Part shown: positions 61,833-64,000 of the stretch, one piece after another
Layout: the number at the start of each line of letters is the position of its first letter
Position numbering within the stretch: position 1 is the first letter of the stretch
Source of the DNA: Haplodiscus bocki
Lineage: Eukaryota
Direction: 5' to 3'
Assembly: GCA_965655095.1 (NCBI GenBank)
Contig: OZ296651.1
Span: 31,124,001 to 31,188,000, forward strand
Length of the DNA: 64,000 nucleotides
Translations under genes and position numbers: made by a program
The notes under the pieces: generated by a model
Seen by the model: the letters and a program-made list of their open reading frames with translations, nothing else
Database searches by the model: none
Told to the model about the DNA's origin: nothing

Positions 61833-62768
61833 ATGTCGGCGGACAGGATGCCACCACATCGCAATGAAAGTTCTGGCAGTAAAACTCGAACCTTCAGGAA
61901 TTTAGACACATTTTTGAAAAAAGATCATTATCTGTCGAGAGAACGGGCAACTGTTATGACTGGTATGAGCTCTTCAGGTGAACTTTTTTCTGAGTTTCTT
62001 TCTGCAGATCTGGAAGACGGTGTAGTTAACATTTCACCACCTATGAATATGAAAGCGACACAATTTCAATGGGCGCCTAAAGGATCATGTCGAATTGAGA
62101 ATATGAGCAAGGTCTCAAAGAATCTGAAACAAATATGCCCGCCCTTTCCGAGTCAAATGCGCATACTGATGACTGTAGTGGTCATCTTAATCCCTCTATA
62201 AAGCAGACACTGTTTAAACGTCACTTTTTGATAAATGTTTTTGGGTGGTGGATTAACAAGTGATAACACATGTAGCGATGCTCATTTGCATGAAAAACTC
62301 AATTCAGCTCACCGATTGGAAGAAACGAAATTGGCGATGGCACAACTACCAGCCAACCCCGAGAAAGTTCCCCCATCAACAAGATTGCAAATGTTGGAAA
62401 TGGTAGAAAAGGAATTCAGATCTTTCACTATCGATCTTCTAACTGCATTCAAACAAAACTTTTTGACCAATTCGCTCGACGCGACGGAGGGCTACTTGGT
62501 TTTCACTTCGCTTCATGGAATGGTGAAAGACGACATTTGTCCTTTTCCCAATAAATTGCTTCGAAGAGACCTTTCAAAGAAGCTCTCTCTTTGCTCAAAC
62601 AAAAACTATCGCGGAAGATGTTCGAAGAGCATCTGCAGGGATCGTTCAAGGGCAATCACATGTAGCAATGCGCTACCGTTTAATTTAGTTCATTTTCCTA
62701 TAGGAGATTCTCCAGGGAAATTGACACAAAGAAATAATATCCGAAGAGGAATTATGCGAGCATTTTGA
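61833..62768 (+). other. Two adjacent ORFs (from ATG 61833 to 62201, and 62235-62768), possibly one decayed gene of unknown, perhaps mobile, origin
   Basis: The longest non-hAT ORFs in the unique region (156 and 177 codons), same strand, 33 bp apart. I recognise no domain. Confidence 0.3.
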
Positions 62769-64000
62769 TTGTCTTACCGAATAGCAACGCGTTCGCATAA
62801 AATTGCAAAAGACGATTCCTTTAATGCTCAGCCAATAGGAAAAAAGCCGCGTGACAGAACAACTGTCCTGAGCTAGAGAGAAAATAAGCGAACAGTATTA
62901 CCACAATTCCAACGCGGAACGTAAAGGAGGCAAAAGTTCTTCTCCTTATTCTCTTTTCTTTGCTCTCTCTTAAAACACACCCCCCCCAGAAATTCACAGA
63001 ACAAAGCGTCCTGAATTTCTACTAAGAAAATATTCCAAGTCTGAAAAGCTCAAGACTCAGAAATTTTATTGAAGATGTAAAAGACCTTCAACAAATTTAC
63101 TCTTCTTTTTAGCCACCTTTTTGGGACTTATTTAAAATTGAGAAAGCAAGTACTAAAAGAAACCCGGAGTTCACAACATCTGGTGTGACCAGAGCAAAGA
63201 ACAAAAGTCACTCGGCAATTTGTACGACCAAAACACCGAGCGTACAGTTTTTCATCTTTTTTCCCCGGGTGGGTTCTATCTTACAAAATTGAAATATTCA
63301 AAGCAAAATTTTCGAAATTCATACTCTTGGTACTGAGTCTAAACAGTATCCACTAAGCTGGCTTCGGTGTTAGCGTGTGCGGATTCCGTGGAATTTTTTC
63401 TTTCGCAAGAGTGAATCTTAAACTGGACAGCCCCTGTGAGGTTTTAGCAAGAATTTGGAAAGCCCAAATTTCACCTCGACCGCTGCCTTGGATTTCATCC
63501 GTGTTAAGACTTCAATACGCACAACTGTACAAATTCACTGTTTTCAAAATTGATTGAGAAGGAGCGAAAAAAACTCCAACACAGAAAATTCCTTCAGTAA
63601 AGTAGCAAAGAAACTTCCATATACGAAATTGGCTCTTATTCAAAGGAACAGAACCAATTCAAGTACAACAATTTCGTTTGAAAACGAAATACGTGGAGGA
63701 GCAACGACACTCACACGCAAAGTTTTCACTGTTGTTGCAAAATGTAAGAACAAAATCACGGTAAAATCACTTGATTAAAAGATAAACAAAGGAGAAAATT
63801 CAAGTTAAAACAACTGATTTATTGTTTGTGTTTTGATAGAGTTAACACTGGGGATCTGCAAACTTCTGAGTGTAATCAGTAGATCAGGGGCATCTTGACA
63901 GTATATGAAATTTATACAAAAACGGAGTAGAAGGTACTCAAAACAACGAAAACAACGAAATCAACCTCTTATCTTAATACATAGAGATGCAAAATCTCCT

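Overview
This is eukaryotic, probably animal, genomic DNA with two parts. (1) About 1-53,875 is one uninterrupted head-to-tail satellite array built on a ~185-bp monomer (roughly 300 units, estimated), with deleted variants of ~133 and ~149 bp. The array is layered: subfamily A (1-~26.6 kb, two sub-layers), a divergent monomeric transition zone (~26.6-31.7 kb) and subfamily B (~31.7-53.9 kb). Each homogeneous layer has its own higher-order repeat periods. The monomer carries a GC-rich stem-loop core that shows covariation, and one A-class monomer carries a CENP-B-box-like 17-mer. The short ORFs listed across this part are by-products of the repeat. (2) About 53.9-64 kb is AT-rich intron-like sequence. 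It holds an intact internal coding exon of an NF-X1-type zinc-finger gene (NFXL1-like) ~250 bp from the array edge, a candidate 12-nt in-frame microexon, a possible interleaved antisense spliced transcript, a decayed MITE, a tRNA-like SINE head, a full-length hAT DNA transposon (TIRs, perfect 8-bp TSD, intron-containing frameshifted transposase) and a decayed ORF pair of unknown origin. The most notable hypothesis is a centromere-like, possibly structured-RNA satellite lying inside a giant intron of a conserved gene. All coordinates were read by eye, and boundaries inside the array are approximate.
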